Assembly: GCA_964016885.1 (NCBI GenBank)
Contig: OZ024740.1
Location: 176,576,001-176,640,000 of the forward strand
Direction of reading: 5' to 3'
DNA length: 64,000 nucleotides
Origin: Eledone cirrhosa
Taxonomy: Eukaryota
Positions 14,479-28,317 of this stretch are shown piece after piece. Each line of letters opens with the position of its first letter. Position 1 is the first letter of the stretch. A program made the translations under genes and the position numbers. Under the pieces are notes generated by a model, which ran no database searches, was not told where the DNA came from, and saw only the letters and a program-made list of their open reading frames with translations.

Positions 14479-14925
14479 GATATTAACAAATGGAAACTAT
14501 ATTTATAAAACCATATCTATTTTATTATACATATTTCAAGGATACCATGTTAAATTATGGTATGCTTTCATCAGACAAAATACAATATATACCAGTTTTA
14601 TAAATAAATATTGACATACCCTTTCAAAATGCAACCGTTACTTTTGGAAGACTATCCCTGATGTCTTCCAAAAGTAACGGTTGCATTTTGAAAGGGTATG
14701 TCAATATTTATTTATAAAACTGGTATATATTGTATTTTGTCTGATGAAAGCATACCATAATTTAACATGGTATCCTTGAAATATGTATAATAAAATAGAT
14801 ATGGTTTTATAAATATAGTTTCCATTTGTTAATATCGTATATTTACTCCAAATACTTGTCGAGTGCTTTATATCAGTTATAAAAATATTTTCTTGTTGTA
14901 TCCCAACAATTTAAATAGAACTTTT
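14473..14925. mobile_element. Perfect fold-back element with two hammerheads (14518-14582 -, 14733-14797 +)
   Basis: 180-bp arms 14473-14652 and 14663-14842 with a 10-nt loop and ~85-nt tail, (TA)n on both sides. Core: tattttgt CTGATGA aagcataccat..atggtatcctt GAAA tatgta TA ataaaata. Confidence 0.9.
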
Positions 14926-14927
14926 GC

Positions 14928-14972
<45 letters not shown>

Positions 14973-14990
14973 AACGTATACATATATATT

Positions 14991-15103
<113 letters not shown>

Positions 15104-15146
15104 TATATGTACACACACACACATATATATTATATATACATGTGTA

Positions 15147-15238
<92 letters not shown>

Positions 15239-15641
15239 CATACATATACACTTTATTAGTCTAGAAATGGTAATACTGTAATCCAATTTCCATTCCCCCC
15301 GAAACACCATACTGTTCCAGCCTATCAACCTGACAAGGTCAAGAAATTTAGGGAATATCTATATCCGAATTTCATTTTAATTGTCTCATGTATTTCATTG
15401 GTACATAATTTCCCATGCCCACCCCTTCTGATTTTAAGAATGAATAGCAACTTTGAACTTAACATCATAAACAACATCAACAAAAAACAATTATAAGCAC
15501 TTGCAGCTACAACAATGACAGCATCAACACACCAGCCACACCTGCAGTAGCCACACCCTCAATAGAAGAAGCTGAAGCAATTACAGCAGTAGGAAAAGAG
15601 ATATTCAACGATAGCCTCCTCACAGCCAGAAGCAGTGACAT

Positions 15642-15695
<54 letters not shown>

Positions 15696-15930
15696 CTTTA
15701 GTGGTAGTAGTAGTAGTAGCAGCAACAGCAGTAGCAGCCCAATAGCAGTTCTTTTGATATTTTACCAAACGTTAGCTAAACATTTAAGAACAGGAAGGAA
15801 GCGCTTTAACAGTAGAATGAACGACGGTGACAATAACAACAATGACAACCATAATAACAACAACGATTATAAATGTTATGATGCTGCAATAATAATAATA
15901 ATAATAATAATAATAATTATTATTATTATT

Positions 15931-15961
<31 letters not shown>

Positions 15962-16189
15962 TAATAATGATGTTGATGATGATGATAATGATGATGATGA
16001 TATAATATCAATAACAACGTATACATCACCAGCACTGCCTATACCAACAGCATAACAACGGCAAAATAGCCTCAATGCAGGAAGGATAACAACAATAAAA
16101 CCAATAATACTGTAGGAAGCGATGTCAGGTAAATACCCCATAAACCTAACAACACAAATAATGGTTAAAGGTGCAAAAACAATAATAGA

Positions 16190-16306
16190 AGCAAGTCATA
16201 TGTAAACAGTCACCTTGTGTACGACGCGAAAACTGTTACGCGCTGGGGCTACCGTGTATAGATAGCGTAGTAACGTAGGAAGAAGAGCGTATAAGGCAAC
16301 AACACG
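16190..16306 (+). promoter_or_regulatory. Putative proximal promoter/5' region of the bHLH gene
   Basis: Short unique CpG-containing patch upstream of the (AAG)n run and ATG. It has a CATATG E-box overlapping a TGTAAACA Fox-type site, and GTATAA TATA-like words. Confidence 0.3.
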
Positions 16307-16642
16307 AAGAAGAAGAAGAAGAAGAAGAAGAAGAAGAAGAAGAAGAAGAAGAAGAAGAAGAAGAAGAAGAAGAAGAAGAAGAAGAAGAAGAAGAAGAAGA
16401 AGAAGAAGAAGAAGAAGATAGAGTTGGAGAGAAGTAAAAAAGAACAGATGAAAAATATTAAAAGTTGAAGGAAGAGAGGAAGAAGAAAATTTCAAAGGAG
16501 GAGGAGGCGGGGGTGAAAGAGACGGAAAAGTAACTGGTTGTCAACGATTTTTTATTCAGTTAATTTTTTAAACTTTTATGCTATATTTTATTTAATTTTT
16601 CTTTTATTCAACCATTTTTCGTTTTGTTCTTTATATTCCGCG

Positions 16643-17137
16643 ATGTCATCTTCGCCAACAGGGCTGGGAAGTGGCTTGAGTTCAAACGGCACAGGTAGTC
16701 GCGCTGTGCGGCGAACACCGGGGTCTAAGTCTTCTTATCGCCATGTGCCGCACAGCGAGAAACCGCCCCATCTGGTGGCCAGGCGAAACGCTCGCGAACG
16801 GCGCCGCGTGCAGGCCGTCAACAACGCATTCGTTCGGCTTCGAAGGCACGTGCCGTACGAACCACGGCATAAGCGCCTCTCGAAGGTGAAAACCTTGCGT
16901 ATTGCCATCGACTACATACGCAACATGCAAAACATGATACAAGACTACGACACCACCGTGGTGCAGGAGCAACCTTGCGGTAAATACCCACACCACCACC
17001 ATCACCATAACCATCACAACAGTCACTTACACCGAAGTTCGGCTGTCCATCACACGGGAGACATACCGGAATTAGCGGCACCTCCCCCACCTAGTACGGG
17101 AAACAATTGTGTACCTTGCTGGATACCAGACACATCC
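16643..17137 (+). CDS. Achaete-scute family bHLH transcription factor, exon 1 (165 codons)
   Basis: ATG at 16643 starts a GC-rich ORF containing VARRNARERRRVQAVNNAFVRLRRHVP..KRLSKVKTLRIAIDYI (ASC-type bHLH), then a His-rich and Pro-rich tail. Consensus donor GTAAGT at 17138 (phase 0). If unspliced, the ORF stops at 17188. Confidence 0.92.
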
Positions 17138-17439
17138 GTAAGTCTTTTTAATCTCTTCTCAATGTTAAACAATATGACAATTGCCTAATTAGATTTTGAT
17201 GTTATTCTTTTTTTCTTTCCTTTATCTTTTTTTTCTTATTGTTTCATATATTTTCGTCTTCTTTTGTTTATATTATCAAATTTGTTGTCGAGTTGAAATG
17301 GTTGAGTTCAAATCCATCATATATAAAAATCTTTTTATCGTATTTTTAGGCCATAAAACTTTATTTTCCATTATTCCAATTCGCAAAATTGTCAGAAATA
17401 GATTTAAGATTATTTTATGAAGAAAACGTTTTTAAGGGC

Positions 17440-18520
17440 TCTACCTCATTAATGCAATTAATGAGTTGCCCAGTCTTATTATACATTAATACATAGTGTT
17501 ACTATATACCCTATTAATACATCGCCCATTAATTCATATGCTTTTAATACATCCCCTATTAATGCATTAGTACATTGCTTATCCCTACATAACCCATTAA
17601 TATGACTCCTTTCTCACATTAAAATGCATACTCACCAAAAATATTAATATATTCCCATTAATACAATATCGTTCTTTAATGTTTAATCCTTTTATACATT
17701 CATATATAGTTCATTAATGTAATATCGTCTATTAATGCATAACTTAATTGTTCACCAGTTAAACGTGAAAACATCAACTTTTAATATATTACCCATTAAG
17801 ACATTAGAATAGTGACCATTAATAAGTCAATAATTAATACGCCTTCTTCCGTTCATTCATCACCTATTAATACATTAATACATTGCCAGTTTATGGATTA
17901 GTCAATAATACACCACTCGTGATTATATAAACCCATTAATACATCACCCATGAATACATAACTCGCGAATATATAAACCCATTAATACATCACCCATGAA
18001 TACATAACTCGCGAATATATAAACCCCTTAATACATCACCTATGAATACATAAACCCATGAATACATCACCCATGAATACATCACTCATGAATACATAAA
18101 CCCATTAATACATCACCCATGAATACATAAACCCATGACTACGTAAACCCATTAATACATTACATATAAATACATAAACCATTAATACATCACCCATGAA
18201 TACATCACCCATGACTACATCACCCATGACTACATAAAACAATTAATACATCACTCATGAATACATAAACCATTAACACATCAGCCACGAATACATAAAA
18301 CTATTAACACGTTAGTATATTGGCCTTATATATTTAATCTCTATTAATATATCACACATAAATATATATTATCCATTAATACAGGGCCCATAAATATATA
18401 TTACCCATTAATGCATCATCAAATAATACATTAATACATTTGATACATTGTCATTTAAGAGATAATTCATAATATACCATTAATGTACCATCCACAATTA
18501 TAACGCATTAATACATCATT
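17440..18520. repeat. Degenerate 15-16 bp minisatellite (CCCAT[T/G]AATACAT[CA/AAA])
   Basis: Many copies, best preserved at 17930-18300. Confidence 0.85.
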
Positions 18521-18648
18521 CACATTTGCGAGCCATCTTAATAATTATTCTTAACACAGACGCAAGGGGAGATGGGTTAATCGATTATATTGACCCAGTA
18601 TTCGACTGGTACTTTATTCAATCGACAATGAATGGATAAGAGATAGTC

Positions 18649-18679
<31 letters not shown>

Positions 18680-18725
18680 TGTATGTATGTATGTATGTAT
18701 GTATCTATGTATGTATGTATGTATG

Positions 18726-19340
18726 TATTATGTCAGGTCACCAGATGGTGCTACTGGTAACATGTATCCCAGTACAACCTGTCTCATGGTCGGGTCGTTG
18801 GTGACTAAACTGGCAACCCCACCAAGGTTTCTTGGTGAGGAGGGTGGCTTTGGACATCCTGCAGGACTAAAAACAAAACCTGTCAAAGGGCAAAGGAGCT
18901 CTTAAGAGTCAATGGCCATCCAAAATCCCCTGGAGAGATGACCCCTTAGCCTTTGTCAAGGCAGAATTCTAGGAGAAGGAAAACTCTGATATAACACCTG
19001 CAACCCTGATGGTATCCAATGATGTTGACTTGTTCTTCTTTTTGGTAAATATCATCTTGGTTAAGAGAGTGGGACTGGCTTTGTGCAGTGCCTTTGCTCA
19101 CTATAAAAGCTTCACGGCACAGGCATTGCTTTATATCTGGAGATCTCTCTGCACTTGTCGTCACATGGTACCATGGGCCCAGCACTATGTGTCAATAATT
19201 GTCACAAGTGTAGTGTTTGTACCAGAGCTTTCAAGTCGCTGGCTGGACTAAAAAGTCACAGTCGTTCAGCGCATCGGTAGGGGTTCTCCTATATGCATAT
19301 AAAGTAGTGGCCGTACTCGAAAACGAGTTGGCAGCCACCA
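18726..19340 (+). mobile_element. Short non-autonomous RTE-derived element in (TATG)n
   Basis: 3' end encodes the C2H2 finger CSVCTRAFKSLAGLKSHSRSAH* followed by ..GCAGCCACCA(TGTA)n. No RT sequence. Copies at 20407-20890 (+) and 42908-43281 (-), fragments near 3990-4040 and 20930-21240. Confidence 0.7.
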
Positions 19341-19859
19341 TGTATGTATGCATGTATGTATGTACGTGTGTGTGTGTGTATGTGCGTACGTAAGTATGTA
19401 TGTATGTATTATGTATGTATGTATGTATGTATGTATGTATGTATGTATGTATGTATGTATGTACGTACGTGTGTGTGTGTGTATGTGCGTACGTAAGTAT
19501 GTATGTATGTACGTGTGTGTGTGTGTGTGTATGTGCGTACGTAAGTATGTATAATTGTATGTAAGTATGTACGTATGAATGTATATTCTTCTGGTTTTAT
19601 TATTTTATAAATTTTCAAACAAAACTCCGTCATTGGGATTTACATACTAACGATGTAAATAGATATGTATGTCTGTATTTGTTTGTGTGTGTGTGTGTGT
19701 CTTTAATTCTGTATCTGTTTGTGTGTGTGTGCGTGTACAACTGTGGGTGTTATTGAATGTGTGAATATGTATGAGTTTAGTTATATGTGTACACGTGTAT
19801 ATGTTTCTGTATCTATACACGTGTATATGCATTTAATACATGCGGAATTTCTAAAATAT

Positions 19860-20295
19860 TTTACGTATTTTTAGAGTTCTATTAATGGAGAGTACTTGAA
19901 GCTTCCTAAATAACCGTGCTCGTTTTGGTTGTGTGAAGCCCAGCTTCTCAAGATTTCTACTGGGGCTGTTATTAACATACCCCAGTGCCCCAGAAGGTAC
20001 AAATCTATATATAATCAGGGTGGAGTATCTGCAAATTCCTCATTAGTTCTTCATATATTCTTCATTTTGCTAATCTTTAGCCTTATATTGACATCTACTG
20101 GGCAACCGATTTCCACTACTATGTATGAATTTTTTCTTAGTCCCATATCATTGTTTGCATTTTCTTGGGGTTTTGACTGGAACCTTTCACGAGTTCTCTT
20201 TTATATTATGTATGCATGCCCTCCACATTACTATAAATTTTTACGTTTATTCTCAGAGATATCCTTTCTACGGATTGCATTGAATCGTGTTTAGG
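19860..20295 (-). mobile_element. Restriction-like endonuclease (RLE) non-LTR retrotransposon C-terminal fragment (R4/Dong/NeSL-like)
   Basis: Minus strand encodes VVEIGCPVDVNIRLKISK..LQILHPDY..GALG across frameshifts, matching the RLE domain pattern. Confidence 0.6.
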
Positions 20296-20406
20296 TGACT
20301 TATGTATGTATGCATACATTTATGTGTATGTATGTATGTATGTATGTATGTATGTATGTATGTATGTATGTATGTATGTATGTATGTATGTATAGATGGA
20401 TGGATG

Positions 20407-20890
20407 TATTATGTCAGGTCGTTCTGCAGCACTACTGTTAACATGTAACTAGTACAACATATGCATGGCCGAGTCGTCCCCGACTGAACCGGCAACCTCT
20501 TGCTTGGTTGGTGAGGAGGGGTATTTTGGACACCCTGCAGAATGGAAAACAAAAACCCGTAAAAAAACAGAGGAACTCAGGAGAGTCAACAACCACCCAA
20601 TAATTTTTAATTTTTGTTTTTGAGGAAAGCAGTGGAGTGAGAGCCCCCTAGTCATCATTAAGACATCTCTAGAAGGTCACTCTGATGTACAACATACGAC
20701 TTTGATTGCATACAATGATGTAGACCAATTCCACTTTTGGGGCGAATGCATTCGATGTTCAGAAAGAGGGATTGGATCCGTGCAAAGCCTTCCCTCACTT
20801 AAAAAAGCTTCAAGCACAGGCATCGCTTGATATTTGAAATCTTCTTAAGTATCAAGCGATACCATTATTCGTAATCGAGTTGCAGCCATC
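20407..20890 (+). mobile_element. Diverged copy of the short RTE-derived element
   Basis: Same 5' start TATTATGTCAGGTC and same 3' end CGAGTTGCAGCCATC(ATGT)n. Confidence 0.7.
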
Positions 20891-21674
20891 ATGTATGTAT
20901 GTATGTATGTATCTTTTCGGGTTATAGCTACTGTCGCTCTGAGAGTGGGATTGGCTCAGTGCACAGTCTTTCCTCACTTTAAAAAAATATCTTCACGCAC
21001 AGTCATTGCACGATAGAATTAATTAATAATTATTAATAATGGTATATCGTGCAATGGCCATACTCGATAACGAGGGGGCAGCCATCATCATCATCATCAT
21101 GTATGTATGTATGTATATACATGATGGCTGCAACTCGATTTCGAGTAATGCTATTGCTTGATACTTAAGATGTCAGATATCAAGCGATGCTTGTGCTTGA
21201 AGCTTTTTTTAAAGTAAAGAAAAGCTTAGCACGGAAACAATGTATGTAGGTGGATATATTTCACCGATGTGTAATCGCTGAAGGATGTAAACATCAGTAA
21301 GGTAAAAAAAAAAAAATTGTTTTTCGAAGGAAGGGTCGTTATAATATTTGTTCTGCTCCTTGTTACATAAAGAGTCATTCCTGTTTTTAATCTCATCACA
21401 AGGAATGCAATGGACTACTGATTGGGCAGTTGGAAGTCAGTCACCAACGTACATTTTTTATAAATCGCTATTAATAATCCTCATATAAGTTAAAATCTTA
21501 TATGCAAAAAACATTGAAACACTGAGTATATTTGTTTTATAATCAACCGTTAAAATTTCAACATGTACTTGTGCATAAATATTTTAAATTTAGATATAAA
21601 ATACATATACTTTATATAGTATATATACATATACATAATGCATGTTCATATATATATATATATATATACATGTA

Positions 21675-21739
<65 letters not shown>

Positions 21740-21767
21740 AAATATATACATACATATACACATATAA

Positions 21768-21826
<59 letters not shown>

Positions 21827-21854
21827 TATATACTGTATATATACATATATACTG

Positions 21855-21893
<39 letters not shown>

Positions 21894-23038
21894 ATCTGTA
21901 TATAAATATAAACATATGTAGGTGATATATGGAGGTAACATGGCAGGATGGATAAGAAGTTCAATTTGCAATTATAACGTCCCGGTTTTGATGCTATGCA
22001 GTCGTATCTTGTACCATTGACATTATCATAGCTTGGAAGCGACCCGAATCCTGGGTAGTCAGAAACACATTCTAAGCCTGTCATATGGAATCTACCTATA
22101 AACCAGCTTTCTAACAAATGGTCTAACATTACATGTCACCGAAAATTACGTTATGTGGAATGCTAAGGCATTTACATATTAACTTTCAAAGCATGTTCTT
22201 CAGTTTATTTAACAACTGGAACAATCAATGTCGAAAAAGACTGAGGTCCATTCCTTTTCTCCCGATGTTTATATCTTCTGATCGAAGATACAAAGTACAA
22301 ATTCAGGCAGCCATGTTGGTTTTCAACTACATATGCATTAAGTAATGTACTTAGTAAAACATCACTTCTTCTCATCGGATATTCGCTATGATGGCTGGAG
22401 ACATGATCGATTAAACATACATACAACATGAAAAATGCGCAAGCTCAAACGAGCCACAGAATGTTATAATAAACCTTCAAAAGTGGGGGACTAGAGTTGT
22501 TACTCAAAAATATTGTAATCATTATCTATCGTACATTCTGTGGTATCCTTTATAAAAATATCACAATAAATACATCTATGTTTAATAATATTACGTAATT
22601 ATTTATAGCTGTTATTACATTAAACATAGATGTATTTATTGTGATATTTTTATAAAGGAAGAAGTTCAACAAGGAAGAAGTTCCAGCAATCCGTGTTTAC
22701 ACTTCAAGTTCAAATCAGCGAGTGGCCAGCACGTGTTGTATTTACTAGAAATACACACATCATACTAGCTTCGTCCCAGTTGCGTGAATAGGGTTATCGA
22801 CAACAGGAAACAGCAGTCGAGTCCTTTCAACAGAGTTAGCTCTACAATTAAGGAGCCGTATTTATATATCTATATCCAAAATTAAGATAAATCAAATGAA
22901 TTTAATCTAAATCAAAAAATGGTCGGACCTACTCGTTAGAATCTTAGAGCTTATTTTGCGGGTGATATGGCGCATGTATTTCTGGCATGACACCCATAAT
23001 TTTGATTTAGATTAAATTCATTTGATTTATCTTAATTT

Positions 23039-23087
<49 letters not shown>

Positions 23088-23309
23088 TATATATACAGAT
23101 ATGTATATATGAAATTTAAATATGAGAACTTATAATTTCTTTAAAGGCCCAAAAATATCTTCATCCTCATTCAACAACAGAAGTTCTTGATGTTTGATCA
23201 TGTTTGATCTGTTAACAACTTTATTATACCTCGCCAGATTTTATATACATTAACATCCATTTCTATATAAATATATATACACACATACATATAAACACAC
23301 GCACATATT

Positions 23310-23418
<109 letters not shown>

Positions 23419-23446
23419 ATATATATATTTGTATATATATATATAG

Positions 23447-24370
23447 TGTTAAACTTTGGAAGGGTCATGTTGCCAATAAGAAACACACGCTTTCACTCCA
23501 ATTGCTTTCACTCCAATTTATTATAAATTAAATTTATAAATTAAAGAATTTATAAATTTCCGGTTGGTTGGTTCCACAACCGGATGGTTGTTCATATATT
23601 GTCAAAGTTCTTTCGTCACACATTCTGTGACTGGGGATTCTTTGCTTTGTTTTGTGCCTCTCCTTTGTTCTGTCCTACGCCATCTTGTTTTTGTGTGTGT
23701 TGTGTGCTTAGTTTGCGCATGTGTTACATCCGGGTGTCTGTGTGTGTTTTTATTTGTTTATTTATTTGTTTATTTACATGTTACTAGTTAGTTGTTTGTG
23801 CTATGTTTGTGTGTTTTCATTTTGTCCTTAATTATAAGTTGTGATGTTGCTATTCCATTTATGTTTTCTATTTAATTTTGGTTGGAGTTCATTTATATTT
23901 ATTGCCTCTGTGATTTGTCTAATCATTGCGTCTTTTATGTGTGTAGATTCTATTTTTATCTCTATGTTCTCTAATTTGCCCTTATGTTCTATTTTAGCAT
24001 GTTGGTGGAGTATTGATGAGTCTTTTCTATCTTGGAGTTCTCGCCAGTATGCATTTAATCGTTCTCCTATGCTACGAGCTGTCTCACCTATGTACATTAT
24101 TTTCTTATGTTTACATTGTCCCTCAGTACATCTTATGCTATATACTATGTTTCTAGTTTTACAGTTAATATGGGGGATTAGTTTACAGATTATGCATTTC
24201 CTATCTATACAGAGAGGTCTTTGAAAAGGGTATGTAGCTGAGGATCCGCTAAGGTGAAACAATTTTTCTCGGTATTGTGAACTAACTGTTGTGTAACCAT
24301 TTCTAAATACCTCGTCCCATGAACTGAGTGCTCTACCACTACTGATATTACCTTCCAGTGTTCTACCACT
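23447..24370 (-). mobile_element. Penelope-like element remnant (GIY-YIG endonuclease plus 3' repeat), TA-flanked
   Basis: ORF 23828-24262 encodes CIIC..NCKTRNIVYSIRC..MYIGETARSIGERL..HAKIEH..RQITEA..PKLN. Both ends abut (TA)n. Confidence 0.85.
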
Positions 24371-24657
24371 ATATATATATATATCAAAAGCTTGTATTGA
24401 GTTAGAAACTCAAAATAGTCTCAGTACAGTAAATTAGCTCTAAGAAAAAGGCTTTTCCGAGCCGTATATAAATGAACAAAAAGGAAAAAACGAACACAGA
24501 CATATATATATATATATGTGTTCAAATCGTAATAGACCAAAATCGCTAAGGTGAAAAAAATACTAACTACAGACGATAGGGTTTTCTGGACTCAATTTAA
24601 GAACATATTAAGAAAAATAAATACAAACCAGTATTGTGGTAACTACCATCTGTTCAG

Positions 24658-24703
<46 letters not shown>

Positions 24704-24765
24704 ATATATACGGGATTTTAAGATTTTACAAGGATTTAAAACAATATAAAGGCCAAAGAATTTCT

Positions 24766-24832
<67 letters not shown>

Positions 24833-25205
24833 CGTATATATATATATATATACGTATATATATAAGGGAACAAAGAGAATAAGTGTTACATATTTAATTA
24901 CATATTATATATATATATACATAAACACATCATTGCTTTAATCATAATCATGTAACATGAAATGTGTAATTATATATATATGTATATGATGCAATATTGA
25001 TTCTTTGTTCCCATTATTATTATTGATCTTTTCCTCCCTATATATATATAGAGAGAGAGAGAGAGACCTCCAGGACAATCGGCCATTGAGATAGAGTTTG
25101 GCAGTTTCGACCCCTACCGACGGTATTGCTAGTTCGCCCTGGGTCACATACACACGCACATATATATACACACATATATATATATACACACACACATATA
25201 TATAT

Positions 25206-25292
<87 letters not shown>

Positions 25293-25297
<5 letters not shown>

Positions 25298-25645
25298 GTG
25301 AGGTTTTTTTTACAAAATGAAAAATAACCGAGGTGTCCTACACGAGTGGAAGTATAAAGAAAAAGAGATGAAATCGAAAATGCAACTGAAGTCTTATTTT
25401 TTAAAAAAATATATATATTTATTTGGTTCCTTTACCGGTTTCGCAGTTCTTCTGCTTTTCAAAAGGTGAGTTGAGATGGAGGGTCTGTGGTTTTTCTCAC
25501 ATCTGTGAGAAAAACCACAGACCCTCCTTCTCAACTCACCTTTTGAAAAGCAGAAGAACTGCGAAACCGGTAAAGGAACCAAATAAATATATATATTTTT
25601 AAAAAAAATAAGACTTCAGTTGCATTTTCGATTTCATCTCTTTTT

Positions 25646-25652
<7 letters not shown>
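25293..25652. mobile_element. Fold-back element with variant hammerheads (25429-25466 -, 25539-25576 +)
   Basis: 149-bp arms 25353-25501 and 25504-25652. Core: cctt TTGAAAA gcag aagaa ctgc GAAA ccgg TA aagg. Relatives at 25741-25910, 37760-37890 and 1-97. Confidence 0.8.
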
Positions 25653-25719
<67 letters not shown>

Positions 25720-25909
25720 TTAAAAGAATAGAAGTGTAACACTCTATCTCAAAATTATTTTTGAAAAGCATTAGAAATGCGCAACCAGTAAAAACTTAAA
25801 ACCAAAACTGAATACTAACCAATACTTATTACTAATTTTTACTTATTCCTAATTAAACTATTTTTCACTGGGAACAATTTGTCAGCATTTTCGTTTCCTT
25901 TTACCAATA

Positions 25910-25948
<39 letters not shown>

Positions 25949-26028
25949 TGTGTGTGTATACATATATATAGACATATATATGGATATATATGTGTATATA
26001 TATACATATATCTATATATTTATATATA

Positions 26029-26127
<99 letters not shown>

Positions 26128-26181
26128 GCAAGGGTAACGTATTGTCTAGAATGATGTATTCACAGTAAGCGTGTTTGTATA

Positions 26182-26236
<55 letters not shown>

Positions 26237-26554
26237 GCAAGGGTAACGTATTGTCTAGAATGATGCATTCACAGTAAGCGTGTTTGTTACAATTATACAG
26301 GTGCAATGGTATAAGGAGATCTGACAGAAAAGTTGTTATAAGAACGATTCTTACCATCCATATATATATACGTACAAACTGTTTTTCAATTGTATTTTTC
26401 ACTCATGAAATATCGCTACATAGACTTATGAAATCTCGGAATTTTGCCATTCCCAAGTCAGATTTTACTTGCTATTTGATTTGAAAATAATCGAAATTGT
26501 ACCGTCTACGTAAGTTCCTTGGCTTGCTATCCGACTTTTCCTTGACAATGCATC

Positions 26555-27908
<1,354 letters not shown>

Positions 27909-27911
27909 CAT

Positions 27912-27998
<87 letters not shown>

Positions 27999-28007
27999 CA
28001 TATATAC

Positions 28008-28063
<56 letters not shown>

Positions 28064-28317
28064 TTGTGAGGATATTTATGGTAAGAATCGATCTATTTCT
28101 TACAAACACGCATTGACGATACCTTACCATTGCAATATTATTTTACTGCACCAAATGAAAGAAAAAAAATTTCAATTCATATTGGTGAGCTGACTTTAGT
28201 TTCTAATAGTCACTATCTGTAGTACTTGGATTAACCTATAATTTTGTCAAACAATATGATTAATTTCTTCACGTATTACTCAAAATTTTTATACGTACAT
28301 TCATACATACATATCTA

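Noticed and set aside
14473-14842. Palindromes as MITEs or as sequencing fold-back artefacts
   Set aside because: Asymmetric unique tails, embedded hammerheads, family-specific end points and arm mismatches in several copies fit PLE-type inversions better. An artefact cannot be fully excluded for the perfect ones.
16538-16642. N-terminal 35 aa of the predicted 216-aa ORF
   Set aside because: It starts at TTG in T-rich UTR-like sequence. The first ATG and the GC shift are at 16643.
18735-18830. HDV-like ribozyme at the 5' end of the RTE derivative
   Set aside because: A 7-bp P1-like helix with G-U exists, but P3/L3, P1.1 and J4/2 could not be assigned.
21940-22480. Possible decayed LINE endonuclease start (..DPNPG..VIWNL.IN..NK)
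   Set aside because: Multiple stops and too little motif to call without a profile search.
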